From the NCBI GenBank assembly GCA_963716755.1, contig CAVQUD010000009.1:15477-79476 (forward strand): a stretch of DNA of 64,000 nt, in the 5' to 3' direction. Below are positions 37,518 to 47,185 of this stretch, piece by piece. How positions within the stretch are numbered: position 1 is the first letter of the stretch; every line of letters begins with the position of its first letter. Made by a program: the position numbers and the translations under genes. The notes beneath the pieces were generated by a model, which was given only the letters and a program-made list of their open reading frames with translations, was not told the origin of the DNA and did no database searches. The stretch comes from Blastocatellia bacterium (lineage in GTDB: Bacteria > Acidobacteriota > Blastocatellia > Pyrinomonadales > Pyrinomonadaceae).

Positions 37518-38270
37518 GTGACGAAGGATTTTAATGCAAAGGCAGCAATCGTAACTGGCGGCACACGTGGAATAGGAAAAGCGATCGTGCTTGAACTAGC
37601 GAGGCGCGGGGCGAATATCGCGTTCAACTATTCAAAGAGTGCGGACGAGGCCGAGGCTTTAAAAGCTGAGATCGAGAAGCTCGGCGTGCAGGCGATCGCT
37701 GCGCAGTGTGATGTTGCGAATACTGAGGCAGCGGCGGAGTTTGTCGGGCAGGTAAAGGAAGCGTTTGGGACGGTCGACTATCTGATCAACAACGCGGGGA
37801 TAACGCGCGACACGTTGATACTGCGGATGAAGGAAGAGGATTGGGACGCGGTGATCGATACGAATCTGAAAGGTGCGTGGAATTTCAGCAAAGCGGTACT
37901 CAGGCCGATGATGCGTAATGAGAATGGCGGATCGATACTGAATATCACGTCGATCTCCGGCGTGGTTGGAATGCTCGGGCAATCGAATTATTCGGCTTCG
38001 AAGGCCGGCATGATCGGCCTGACGAAATCTCTCGCCAAAGAGGTCGCGAGCCGCAAGATAACCGTCAACGCGCTCGCCCTCGGTCTGGTCGAGACCGATA
38101 TGGCCGCGGAGATGAACGAGGAATACCGCGAAAAATTTCTCTCGATGATCCCGCTCGGACGGCTGGGTCAGACCGACGAGGTTGCCCAGATCGCGTGCTT
38201 TATGCTCTCTCCCGCCGCCGCATACATCACCGGTCAGGTTGTGCAGGCCGATGGCGGTCTGGCAATGTAG
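37518..38270 (+). CDS. fabG: 3-oxoacyl-ACP reductase
   Basis: GGAGGG at 37509-37514 followed by GTG at 37518. AAIVTGGTRGIGKA, NNAGITRD, SISGVVGMLGQSNYSASKAG. Confidence 0.85.
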   Translation: MTKDFNAKAAIVTGGTRGIGKAIVLELARRGANIAFNYSKSADEAEALKAEIEKLGVQAIAAQCDVANTEAAAEFVGQVKEAFGTVDYLINNAGITRDTLILRMKEEDWDAVIDTNLKGAWNFSKAVLRPMMRNENGGSILNITSISGVVGMLGQSNYSASKAGMIGLTKSLAKEVASRKITVNALALGLVETDMAAEMNEEYREKFLSMIPLGRLGQTDEVAQIACFMLSPAAAYITGQVVQADGGLAM

Positions 38271-38277
38271 GCATTCA

Positions 38278-39015
38278 ATGTCATTCACTTATCAATCAGA
38301 AGAAGAACAGCCCTCGCAGCCGCTGGACGAGGACGTAGTCGAGGCGTATCAGCCGACGCCGTTCTATACGATCATACTGGTCGCAGCGATCGTCATAGTG
38401 GCGTTGACGCAGTTCGCGACGGGACTTGAGTTGTCGATAATGGCGGCGGGATTTGATAAACCCGCGTTCCTTATCGGTCACGAATATTGGCGCATCCTGA
38501 CCGGGGCGACCGTACACGGCGGCCTGATGCACGTGGCGATGAACTGCTACGCCTTCTACAGCTTCGGCCGCATCGTCGAGATGCTCTCAAATCGCGCTCA
38601 TTTAGCGATAGTCTTTTTGCTTTCGGCTCTCGGCGGCGGCGTACTGAGCCTTATGTTCGTTCCCGACGGTCTTTCGGTCGGGGCGTCGGGTGGTGTTGTC
38701 GGACTGGTCAGTTATCTGCTGGTTTACGCTTTTCGTCGCAGGCGGTTCATCTCGCCGGAGTTTCGTAAGAGCCTGCTCATCAACATTGGCTTCATCCTCG
38801 TCTTTGGCCTCGTTCTGTTCCAGGTGATCGATAATTTCGGTCACATCGGCGGACTTATCACCGGCGCGATCTATGGGCTTATCCAGATACCAACTGACGA
38901 ATATGCCGACCCGCGAAACGCAGGTCCGATCACGACCGTTGCAGGACTGGCGGCGATGGGCATTTATCTTGCGGGCTGCGCGATGAGCATTCTCCTCATT
39001 CTCCGAATTATCTAG
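38278..39015 (+). CDS. rhomboid family intramembrane serine protease
   Basis: WRILTGATVHGGLMHVAMNCYAFY, GASGGVVGL (GxSG), GHIGGLITG. Start taken at ATG 38278. Confidence 0.8.
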   Translation: MSFTYQSEEEQPSQPLDEDVVEAYQPTPFYTIILVAAIVIVALTQFATGLELSIMAAGFDKPAFLIGHEYWRILTGATVHGGLMHVAMNCYAFYSFGRIVEMLSNRAHLAIVFLLSALGGGVLSLMFVPDGLSVGASGGVVGLVSYLLVYAFRRRRFISPEFRKSLLINIGFILVFGLVLFQVIDNFGHIGGLITGAIYGLIQIPTDEYADPRNAGPITTVAGLAAMGIYLAGCAMSILLILRII

Positions 39016-39020
39016 TTTCA

Positions 39021-39645
39021 ATGGGCCGCGTCAGAGTTCACCAACACGTAAATCCGCTTGCGCCGCATTTTCGCCGCTCGCCTGAGCCGGTCGATCTGGC
39101 CCGTGTTTTTGCCGATCCGTTGCGGCCTCTGCATCTCGATATCGGATGTCGCACGCGGGCGGTTTTTGCTGCGGATGGCCGGCGTGCAGCCCGAATGGAA
39201 CTATCTCGGCGTCGAGATCCGCGAAGCTCTCGTAACCGAGGGCAACAGGCTCGCGGCCGAGGCGAATTTATCGAACCTTCACTACGCATTTTGCAATGCC
39301 ATGATCTGGCTCGAGAGGCTCATCGAGGGAGTCCCGCCCGGCCTGCTGCAGATGGTCACGATCCAGTTTCCCGACCCGTGGTTCAAGAAGAAACACGCGA
39401 AGCGGCGAATGGTGAATCAGGAAATGGTTGCCGCGATCGCCCGAAACCTCACGTCCGAGGGCCGCGTGTTCCTGCAAACCGACATCGAGTTTCTCGCAGA
39501 AGAGATGTTCGACCTGTTTAGGGCTGACGGGCGATATAAAGAGCTCGGCACTCGCCCGAATCCGTTCCCGGTCAAGACGGAACGCGAAAAGGCCGTTGAG
39601 GACAAGGGATTATTGGTGTTTCGGACCGTGTTTGAGAAGAAATGA
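39021..39645 (+). CDS. trmB: tRNA (guanine-N7)-methyltransferase, one frameshift near 39150
   Basis: RVHQHVNPL..PLHLDIGC in ORF 39021..39521. GRFLLRMA..VTIQFPDPWFKKKHAKRRM..FLQTDIEF in ORF 39058..39645. Confidence 0.85.
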
Positions 39646-39673
39646 GAAGGGCCGGCGTTTCGGTCGGCCCTTC
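39645..39673. terminator. bidirectional stem-loop between convergent genes
   Basis: AGAAGGGCCG (39645-39654) pairs with CGGCCCTTCT (39664-39673). Lies between the trmB stop and the stop of the 39682 gene. Confidence 0.6.
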
Positions 39674-39681
39674 TGCGCGAT

Positions 39682-40788
39682 TTACCATTCAAGGTCGAAT
39701 ACGTACCTATCACCACCGGCCTCCACGTCATAGACCTGGACGACTGCGGTAAAATTGTTCATCACCGAAGGCTGTTGGATCAAGGTTATCTGACCGCGCC
39801 CTTCGCGGCGACGCAGTGTCACGTTGACCGCACGACGCGGAAGCTGGCCATTAAGTCTGAAGTCCACGTTGTCGAGGCCCAAGTTCGACGTATCGCGGCT
39901 CTGGACGTCGCGGCCGCTGATACTGATCTCGGCCATGTGCTCGACCGTTCCGCTCCAACGCAGGCTGTTCGAACGGATGTTAGGATCAATAGTCGAACCG
40001 CCCGCCCAACTGATCTCGACGCGATAGATATCCGTGCCGCCACGCGCGTCATAGACCTGAACGATCGCAGTAAAATCGTTGCCTTGATTGGGCTGTTGGA
40101 TGACGTTGACCTGGCCGCGTCCGTCGAGTTTCCTCGCGGAAACGGTCGTCGCTCGTCGGGGCAGATCACTGTTCATTGTCTGCGAACTGACGATCGTTGT
40201 GTTGCCGCTAATCGTTTGCGTTTGCATCGTGTTGCCGCGAATGATGATATTCGTCCGGTCGTCCACGCGTGCGGTCCAAACAGCAGTGCCGACCGAGCCG
40301 CCCGTTCCCGGGTAGGTCGGAGCGTTGCCGACCGCTACGTTGTATTGACGCGGGCGGTTGTTAAATCCGTCGTCGTAGCCTTGCTGATAAAACGCTCCGA
40401 TGCCCGGATCGTAACGGCCGCTGATGACGCCTTCGATCCCGCGGCCGGCGGTCCGTCGATCGCTCTGTCCCTGCGAATAGCCGGCGTCGTAGGCATTACG
40501 CTGAGCAGTGGTCCACCGAACGGTCGGCCTTACACTCTGATAACCAGCGTCATACCCGCGGCTGTAGAAATTTTCGTACTGGTTGGTGCTCGAATATTTG
40601 CTTCGATAACGCTTGTAGTCATTGCTGCGATTGGACTTAGCGTCCTGAATGCCGTCCTGATAGCCCTCATCATAAAACCCGCACTTGATCGGCGAAGCCG
40701 TATTGATGTCGCATTGGGCCGAGGCAGTGATGGTGCCAAAGCCCACAAAGCATAGAACTAATACGCTGATAATAAATAGTTTTTTCAT
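39682..40788 (-). CDS. secreted hypothetical protein with GY(D/Q)xG repeats and two tandem ~92-aa domains
   Basis: MKKLFIISVLVLCFVGFGTITASA signal with AGGAGGA before ATG 40788. Repeats ..LPRRATTVSARKLDGRGQVNVIQQPNQGNDFTAIVQVYDARGGTDIYRVEISW and ..LPRRAVNVTLRRREGRGQITLIQQPSVMNNFTAVVQVYDVEAGGDRYVFDLEW. Confidence 0.65.
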   Translation of the reverse strand: MKKLFIISVLVLCFVGFGTITASAQCDINTASPIKCGFYDEGYQDGIQDAKSNRSNDYKRYRSKYSSTNQYENFYSRGYDAGYQSVRPTVRWTTAQRNAYDAGYSQGQSDRRTAGRGIEGVISGRYDPGIGAFYQQGYDDGFNNRPRQYNVAVGNAPTYPGTGGSVGTAVWTARVDDRTNIIIRGNTMQTQTISGNTTIVSSQTMNSDLPRRATTVSARKLDGRGQVNVIQQPNQGNDFTAIVQVYDARGGTDIYRVEISWAGGSTIDPNIRSNSLRWSGTVEHMAEISISGRDVQSRDTSNLGLDNVDFRLNGQLPRRAVNVTLRRREGRGQITLIQQPSVMNNFTAVVQVYDVEAGGDRYVFDLEW

Positions 40789-40888
40789 TTTTCCTCCTGG
40801 CGGCGGCCGAATGCAGCTGGTGACCGGATCGGCCCGTGGCACGATCCGCGCTCTAAGATGAGCACATGATCGCCGCCGATGCCATAAA

Positions 40889-41381
40889 TCATTCCCAACG
40901 TTTCTCTTTCTTAAACCTTTTCACTACCATGTCTCGCCGTAATTTTGGCAAGTGGTCGATAAATAACTTACCGTCGCAATGGTCTGTCTCATGCAGGAAC
41001 GCGCGGGCCGCGTAGCCCTCGGCTTCGCTCTCGAACCATTGCCCATTCTCGTCCTGTGCCCTAAGCGTTGCGCGCTGCGGACGAACTACAACAGCCGGCA
41101 CTTTGCCGACCGAGAGGCAGCCTTCCTGACCGGATTGCTCGCCCTCGGTCGCGATGATCTCGGGGTTTGCGGCGACCAGCTTGACGCCTTCGCAGTCCAT
41201 AACGAAGAGGCGGCAGATCCAGCCCGATCTGCGGCGCGGCCAGCCCGACGCCTTCGGCTTCGTACATCGTGTCAAACATATCGCGGCAAAGCTCAGCAAG
41301 TGCGGCATCGAACTCCGTCACCGGGCGGCCACGCGTTGCCAATACCTCGGCCGGATATTCCGTTATATCCCTTACGGCCAT
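40889..41381 (-). CDS. def: peptide deformylase, one frameshift near 41220
   Basis: GVGLAAPQIG in ORF 41061..41381. EGCLSVG and HETDHCDG in ORF 40889..41308. Confidence 0.85.
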
Positions 41382-41383
41382 CG

Positions 41384-41590
41384 CTATCGCGGGATCACGC
41401 CGCGGCGCGAAGCGCGGTGGAAATCGGGCTTTGCATTAAAGCCTTTTTCCTCACGCGCGAGGCATTGCCAACAGACGACGCTCGTCTCACTGGCCGGCGA
41501 CATGAACGTATTGTAATGCTCGACCTCAGTATCACATTCCGAGCACCGGGCCGTCGGCTTATTCATGGTTTTAGGGTCGAGTGGCATCAT
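41384..41590 (-). CDS. small zinc-ribbon-like protein abutting def
   Basis: 68 aa with CSEC-N22-CWQC. Its stop lies 2 nt before the def ATG. No family recognised. Confidence 0.45.
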   Translation of the reverse strand: MMPLDPKTMNKPTARCSECDTEVEHYNTFMSPASETSVVCWQCLAREEKGFNAKPDFHRASRRGVIPR

Positions 41591-41733
41591 GGGTCTTTTT
41601 CCTTAGCAGGTATAGCGTCCCGAAATAGAATTCTCTTTCGATAACAACAGTGTAATTCGCCCGTGTAAAATTTTCCAACGGCACGGGGCGTCGGTCAGGT
41701 AAAGTAGTTAAGGCTCTGTATAATCTTTCGTTG

Positions 41734-43137
41734 ATGAAGCGTCCATCCCTATTGTTCACCTGGCCGCGGGTTTTGCTGTTCACGGCGGCCTTTGTGGCGG
41801 TGACCGTTATCGCGCAAAGAAGCCTGCGATACGTGTGCAATAACTGGATCGCGTTCGACTGTACGTACTACTGGCCGGTCAGTGTCTTTAATTTTCGCTT
41901 GCCATCGATCACAAACGTGCTCGTCGCGGTCGCCGTGTTGATCGCGTTCTATCTGCTGATGCGTGTTCTTGAGGCGAGGCTGTATGACGTGCGGATTGTT
42001 GCGCTTTCGGGCGTTATCCTGATCTGCGGTCTTACGTTGACGCAAGGAGTCGATGTAGGGTTCGTTGCACCGATCGCCGGGGACGCTCAAACGGGCATCC
42101 TTGTTCCGAATTCTCCCGACGGCCAGGAGTACTACCACGACGCGCTCAAGGTCACCGATCCGTTGGATTTCTTTCAGCGCTATAACGAGCTCCAGCCGAC
42201 GCTCAACCGGCACACGCACACGCACCCGCCGGGAGCGGTTCTTGTCTTCTACTTTTTGCAGAAACTGTTTCAGAGCCCGGCCATCATCGCGTTGTTCATC
42301 ATGGTCGTTTCGACGGTCACGACAGTCTTCTTTTTCCAGCGGCTGATCAGAACGGAGCTAAGCGAAGCGACGGCGAACTATGTCGCTTTTTTGCTGGTTT
42401 TGCTGCCCGCGATCCAGGTCTATTATCTCGCCACGCTCGATGCGATGATCGTCGCCCTGCTGACCGGAACGCTCTATCTGTGCTGCTTTGGCAAGGGCCG
42501 AAGCTCGCTCGCTGGGGCGATCGTCATGCTGTCCTCGTCGTTTCTGCTTACCTTTGTCAGCCTCTTTATCTTGCCTGTTTTGGTGGGCTTTGATCTGCTC
42601 GTAAGGCGCAGTATAAAGCGATCGCTCATTGTGATCGCAGGGGTCGCCGCCGTCCATCTGCTGCTATTCGCGTTTACCGGTTACGACGCCTGGCACTCAT
42701 TCCGTACGGCCTCGTTGTACGAGAATCCGAATGGCTTCATGCTGCTGGTCGACCCGGTGAATTACCTCTTTACGCGTCTAGAAGACGTGGCAGAGATCAT
42801 TTTCTTTTTCGGGCCGTTCCTGTTGGTTCTTTTGATCCGCGGGCTTAGGTCGAATGTTCGACTTCGTCCGCTCAAGGCTTTGGGCGAATTGACCGCGCGG
42901 CCGCTGCTTGTGCTGACCATTCTCGGGTGCGTATCGCTGTTGGGCATGTACGCGGTTGGAGCATGGCGGACGGGCGAGACGGCCCGGGCGTGTGCCTGGA
43001 TCTACCCTTATCTCTTGTTCCCTGTCGCGTATTATTTGGAAGATTCAAACGTTGGGGCCGGCGAACGTATCCAACTCGCCTCGCTCGTGTTTGCCCAATC
43101 AGTGGGAATGCAGCTATTCGGTAATTACTTCTGGTGA
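41734..43137 (+). CDS. polytopic membrane protein, possibly a GT-C (PMT_2/ArnT-like) glycosyltransferase
   Basis: At least 10 hydrophobic segments. The loop motif NRHTHTHPPGAVLVFYFL resembles the HPPL box of PMT_2-type enzymes. Lies in the polysaccharide locus. Confidence 0.5.
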   Translation: MKRPSLLFTWPRVLLFTAAFVAVTVIAQRSLRYVCNNWIAFDCTYYWPVSVFNFRLPSITNVLVAVAVLIAFYLLMRVLEARLYDVRIVALSGVILICGLTLTQGVDVGFVAPIAGDAQTGILVPNSPDGQEYYHDALKVTDPLDFFQRYNELQPTLNRHTHTHPPGAVLVFYFLQKLFQSPAIIALFIMVVSTVTTVFFFQRLIRTELSEATANYVAFLLVLLPAIQVYYLATLDAMIVALLTGTLYLCCFGKGRSSLAGAIVMLSSSFLLTFVSLFILPVLVGFDLLVRRSIKRSLIVIAGVAAVHLLLFAFTGYDAWHSFRTASLYENPNGFMLLVDPVNYLFTRLEDVAEIIFFFGPFLLVLLIRGLRSNVRLRPLKALGELTARPLLVLTILGCVSLLGMYAVGAWRTGETARACAWIYPYLLFPVAYYLEDSNVGAGERIQLASLVFAQSVGMQLFGNYFW

Positions 43138-43147
43138 TCGTTGCCGG

Positions 43148-44648
43148 TCACGGCAGTTGATAGACCTTGTAGGTCTCCGTTCGAAACAGTACGGGGAACG
43201 GGTAGTCTGTTCGCGTGACGAGGTGAGTCGTCGAGTAGGTTCGACGCAAATCCTCGATCTGAGTCGTCGAAAGCTGAGCGAATGCCGCATCGATCTCGCG
43301 CCTCGAACTGGCACGGTCAGTGATCTGCACGTCGGAGGTCAGGTCGCCAATTCGGCTTCGCCATTCAGAGAGGCGGTCATACCGCGGATACATATATGAG
43401 ACGATCTGCGAACGCTGTGAATGATGCCAAAATTCGCGGCCGAGCGGAGCGGTGAGTATGACGGCATCCTCGGGCGTATTCTCCGCGACCCACTTCAACG
43501 AGACCTCGCGGTCATCAGCCTTGGCGACCCAACTCGCCTTAAGTTCACGCAACCGTCCGATGCCCGCATCAAATGGCTGCAGCAGGCCGAGAATGACCAG
43601 CACGTAGGCGGCGGCGAGAGCCTTTTTCGGCCAACGCTCCAATTTCTCGACAAAGTAGAACGCCGAGAAGACGAAAAACAGCGGCGTCAGTATCGGAAAC
43701 AGCCGCATCGGCATAAAACGCAGCAGCGGGTAGAGTTCGAACGCCCTCAATACGATCCCAAGGACGAAGAAGCCGGCGATCGCGATCTGAAAATTGCGAA
43801 GAAAACGCAGTGCAGAACTCTCCGCTCTTTCGTAACGCAATGAGTTGAAGATCAGCATCAACCCCAACAGCACCATCCCGAGGGTCGAGAAGTAGAACGG
43901 ATCGAAATGAAAGGGCATGTGCTTCGTGACGATGAATTGCCAGTCGTCATACGACGCAGGCTGTGCGCTGAGTTGATCACCGATCAGTGGAATAATTCCG
44001 GGCAATGAGAATAAGAGCGTCAGGCCGGCAACCTTTGCCAGGTCGCGAACCGCGACGCGTTCCGCAAGAAGAGCCAGGCCGACGGCGGGAATGGCCCACA
44101 GGCCGACCGCCGGATGAAAACTAAACGCGAGGCCGAGCAATATCGACTCCGCGAGCGAACCTTTCATTTGCAAAGTCGCTAAGGGCGAACAGCAGGCAAA
44201 AGTATGCGACGGTCTTTGCTTCAAAGGTGCCGATCATCCATTCGGCATTGACCACCGCTTGGCCGATGGCCAGCCAGAATCCGATCGAGAAGGCGATCGC
44301 CCAGTACGGGATCTTCCAGTTTTTGCCCAGCTTGATGAGGCCGGCCAGGCAGAGGATCCAAACGAGGACCCTTCCGCCCCAGCCCATAACTTCGATCGAG
44401 ACGAAGTACGCAGGTAGGCTGAAGATGAAATTGAAGAGCCAATGCTCGTTGGCAGTACCGGCGAATGACCAGTCGTTTAGCGGGACGTAGGGCCCGAGGC
44501 GCAACAGGTAAATAAACTCGTTGCCAAACGGGACGGGCTTCGCGTGAAACGCCAGAACTACAAGAAACAGAAAGCCGAGACAGAGCAGGAAGCCGGTCGT
44601 TGAGTCCCGGTCGCGAAGAAAGTTTGCAACGTGCTCCGTTTTAAACAC
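43148..44648 (-). CDS. large polytopic membrane protein of the polysaccharide locus, frameshift at ~44150-44220
   Basis: ORFs 44121..44720 and 43148..44224 are both strongly hydrophobic and collinear. GTG 44648 is taken as the start because it avoids overlap with the upstream deacetylase. Soluble C-terminal ~130 aa. Confidence 0.5.
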
Positions 44649-44658
44649 AACGGGAACC

Positions 44659-45624
44659 TTACAGCAGAACCTCGGTTTGCGGAACCGCGGCCGGTGCATT
44701 TTGGCGAAAGCGCTTCGCATGCTCGCGGATATTGACTATTTCAAACTTCGCCCCATAGGAGCCTATCACACTGTCCATGAGTTCGAGTTTCTTTTCCGTA
44801 GGTACGTTCATACCGGGAAAGAACTTCAATTCGGGTATGTCCTCACCGCTCAGGAAATCGAGCGGATGCAGCAGCATCGAGGGCTGAACACCAGTCACTG
44901 AACATGCCGCAATAGCTGACCGCCAGTATGCCTTTGCCAGCGGAGCCGAAAAGGCCGACAGGTAATGCAGATAGGTCGCGTGTATCGGTATTTTTATGAT
45001 GGGGAATGTCGTTACCGGTATCTCGACCAGATGTCGCCCCCCAGCTTCGACAAGATGCGGACTAAGTGTCTGAAAACCGTCTGCGAATTTGCCGAACAGT
45101 TTCTTGAGCTTCTCGCGTTCGTCGGCACTCATCGCAGGCGATCTGAGAAAATAGACCGCGCGTGCGATCGGCGCGAAATAGGTCGGCAGCGTCGAGCAGT
45201 CATACTCGTATCCGCGGACCCCGAGAACGTCGATGACCGTTGGCGAAAGGCTGAAGCCGGGCCCGCGAAATCCGACCGGCCGCGTTCCGCATACAGTCTC
45301 CAGTGCGGCCTCGGTCTTCTCGAATTCCTCGACCAGTTGTTCTCGCGAATAGAGGTGCAGCCACGGTTCGTGGTTAAAGCTGTGGTTCGCGATCTCGTGC
45401 CCTGCGTCGGCGATCGAACGGATCGCTTCGCGGTTCTTTTCGAGAGCCACGTCCTGGCCAATTATGAAGAACGTGATCTTAAGGCCGCGTTCGCGCAAAA
45501 AATCCAAGATACGCGGCACCGCGACATCGAGATAGCTGGGAAAATCTTCCCATCCCGCATCGCCATGCGTTTTCATGTAAGACCACTGATTATCGAGGTC
45601 TAATGACAGACTTGCGATTTTCAT
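44659..45624 (-). CDS. polysaccharide deacetylase family protein
   Basis: LDLDNQW, KITFFIIGQDV, AGHEIANHSFNHEPW (NodB-type His motifs). Confidence 0.8.
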   Translation of the reverse strand: MKIASLSLDLDNQWSYMKTHGDAGWEDFPSYLDVAVPRILDFLRERGLKITFFIIGQDVALEKNREAIRSIADAGHEIANHSFNHEPWLHLYSREQLVEEFEKTEAALETVCGTRPVGFRGPGFSLSPTVIDVLGVRGYEYDCSTLPTYFAPIARAVYFLRSPAMSADEREKLKKLFGKFADGFQTLSPHLVEAGGRHLVEIPVTTFPIIKIPIHATYLHYLSAFSAPLAKAYWRSAIAACSVTGVQPSMLLHPLDFLSGEDIPELKFFPGMNVPTEKKLELMDSVIGSYGAKFEIVNIREHAKRFRQNAPAAVPQTEVLL

Positions 45625-47088
45625 TTTGCTCCTGCGGCGTCCTCGCGGAAGAAACGCTCGGCTAGCTGCACCGTTTCATTTATGTTGAGCGTGCCGTTAA
45701 CAATATGTGAGGAGTTAACGACATGCACGCCGTCGACAGACGACTTCATGCCGGATAACTCGGTCGAATAATCTACTACCGGGATCGGAAATACCTGACG
45801 CACCCGCGAGATCTTGAAGGTCACGACGTCTGACCGCTTGAAGTGCGGATACATCTGCTCAAGCGCGTCCAAAAAGATCTTCTCGATCTCATCGTCCGTT
45901 TTATCGAACAGCTCATCGTCGGGGGCTACGTATCTCGGAAGGTAAACCAGCGCGTTATTGTTAAATTCTTCCTTATCGACGATCGCCGACATCTCGATGA
46001 TGCCGGTGAATGGCGTGTCGTCCGTAATATTCGTGACGTAATAGTCGGACAGTGAACATTTGAGCATCACCGACGCACAGACGATTCCCTGATAGCGGAT
46101 GCCGCGGAGCAATTTGCGTTCTGTCGGGTCGAGGTCAGTGAGCATCTTCTCCGCCGCGTTCGAGGGGCAAGTGAGGATCACTCGGTCAAACTGTGTTACG
46201 GCCTTGTCCTCAGGGAACTGCACGACCGATCCGAGCTTGATCTGCGGTTCCGATATAAAGGCCCCTGAGAACCCAGGAGCAACGGCAGCCGCTGCCTGGA
46301 ACGTCGCGTACTTCGTCTGTTGGCGGACGACGTTGGGTTTAACGTCTCTATTTCTCCGGGCCACCACCGTCGATACGCAGACCTTGCCGTTCGCGAGTTT
46401 TTCGATCGACTCGACACGCGAATTCAACCTGATCTCGACGCCTTTATCGATGAGGACATCGCTAAAGCGTTCGAGCACGCGGGCATAGCCGCCGCGTACG
46501 TAGCCAAACATCTCGCGCTTCATTCCTGAGTTGCGTGCCGAGTACATTCGCTGGATCGAGGCCCAGATGAACGATGCCGCCGTCTCTTTGTACGCGTCGC
46601 CGAGCTTCGCTTTGAGGAGCGGCTTCCAGATCTTTTCAAATGTCTTGCGGCCCGACCAACGTGTCAGCCATTTCTCGACCGTCAGCTTTTCCAGCCGCCG
46701 CCAGTTCTTTACCTTTGACGCGTAGAAGATCGTGGCCCCGAGGCGAAGCCTGCTGATCAGGCCGATCGCGGGGAAGGTGAGAAACTCCGTCGTGTTCGAC
46801 ATCGACAGCAGCTTCGCCGTCGGTATAGAAGCCTGTTTTCGTCTCGACCCATCGAAATTCGTCGCCGAGGCCGATCTCCTCGATCAGGTTCCGTGTGTGC
46901 CGGTCGGACGCGAGGATCACGTGATAGTGCTTGTCCCAAACGATGTCGCCGATCTCCCAGACCGAGGCGAGCCCGCCGATCTCGGGGGCCGACTCAAAAA
47001 GCGTTACGTCCGCGCCCGCGTCGGCGTAACGCATGGCGAGCGTCATGCCGAGAAAGCCTGAACCGACGATCGCGATCTTTTGCTGCAT
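45621..47088 (-). CDS. NAD(P)/FAD-dependent oxidoreductase (amine oxidase / phytoene desaturase superfamily), frameshift near 46800
   Basis: MQQKIAIVGSGFLGMTLAMRYADAGADVTLFESAPEIGGLA (Rossmann GxGxxG) in ORF 46636..47136. The remainder is in ORF 45621..46802. Confidence 0.75.
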
Positions 47089-47185
47089 CTTGTTATTGGC
47101 CGGATGGATGAGGTCGGTCGCGAGTGACGCTCGCATATCGGATATGCGGCATTACTCCGTTCGATCGGCACATCTGCCGGAGTTT

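Noticed and set aside
47131-47179. 17-bp palindrome CGCATATC-G-GATATGCG and hairpin CCGGCA-CATC-TGCCGG between the GT2 fusion gene and the FAD oxidoreductase gene
   Set aside because: These are short, single-copy elements in a 97-nt spacer. They could be an attenuator or an operator, but nothing distinguishes them from chance palindromes of this length.
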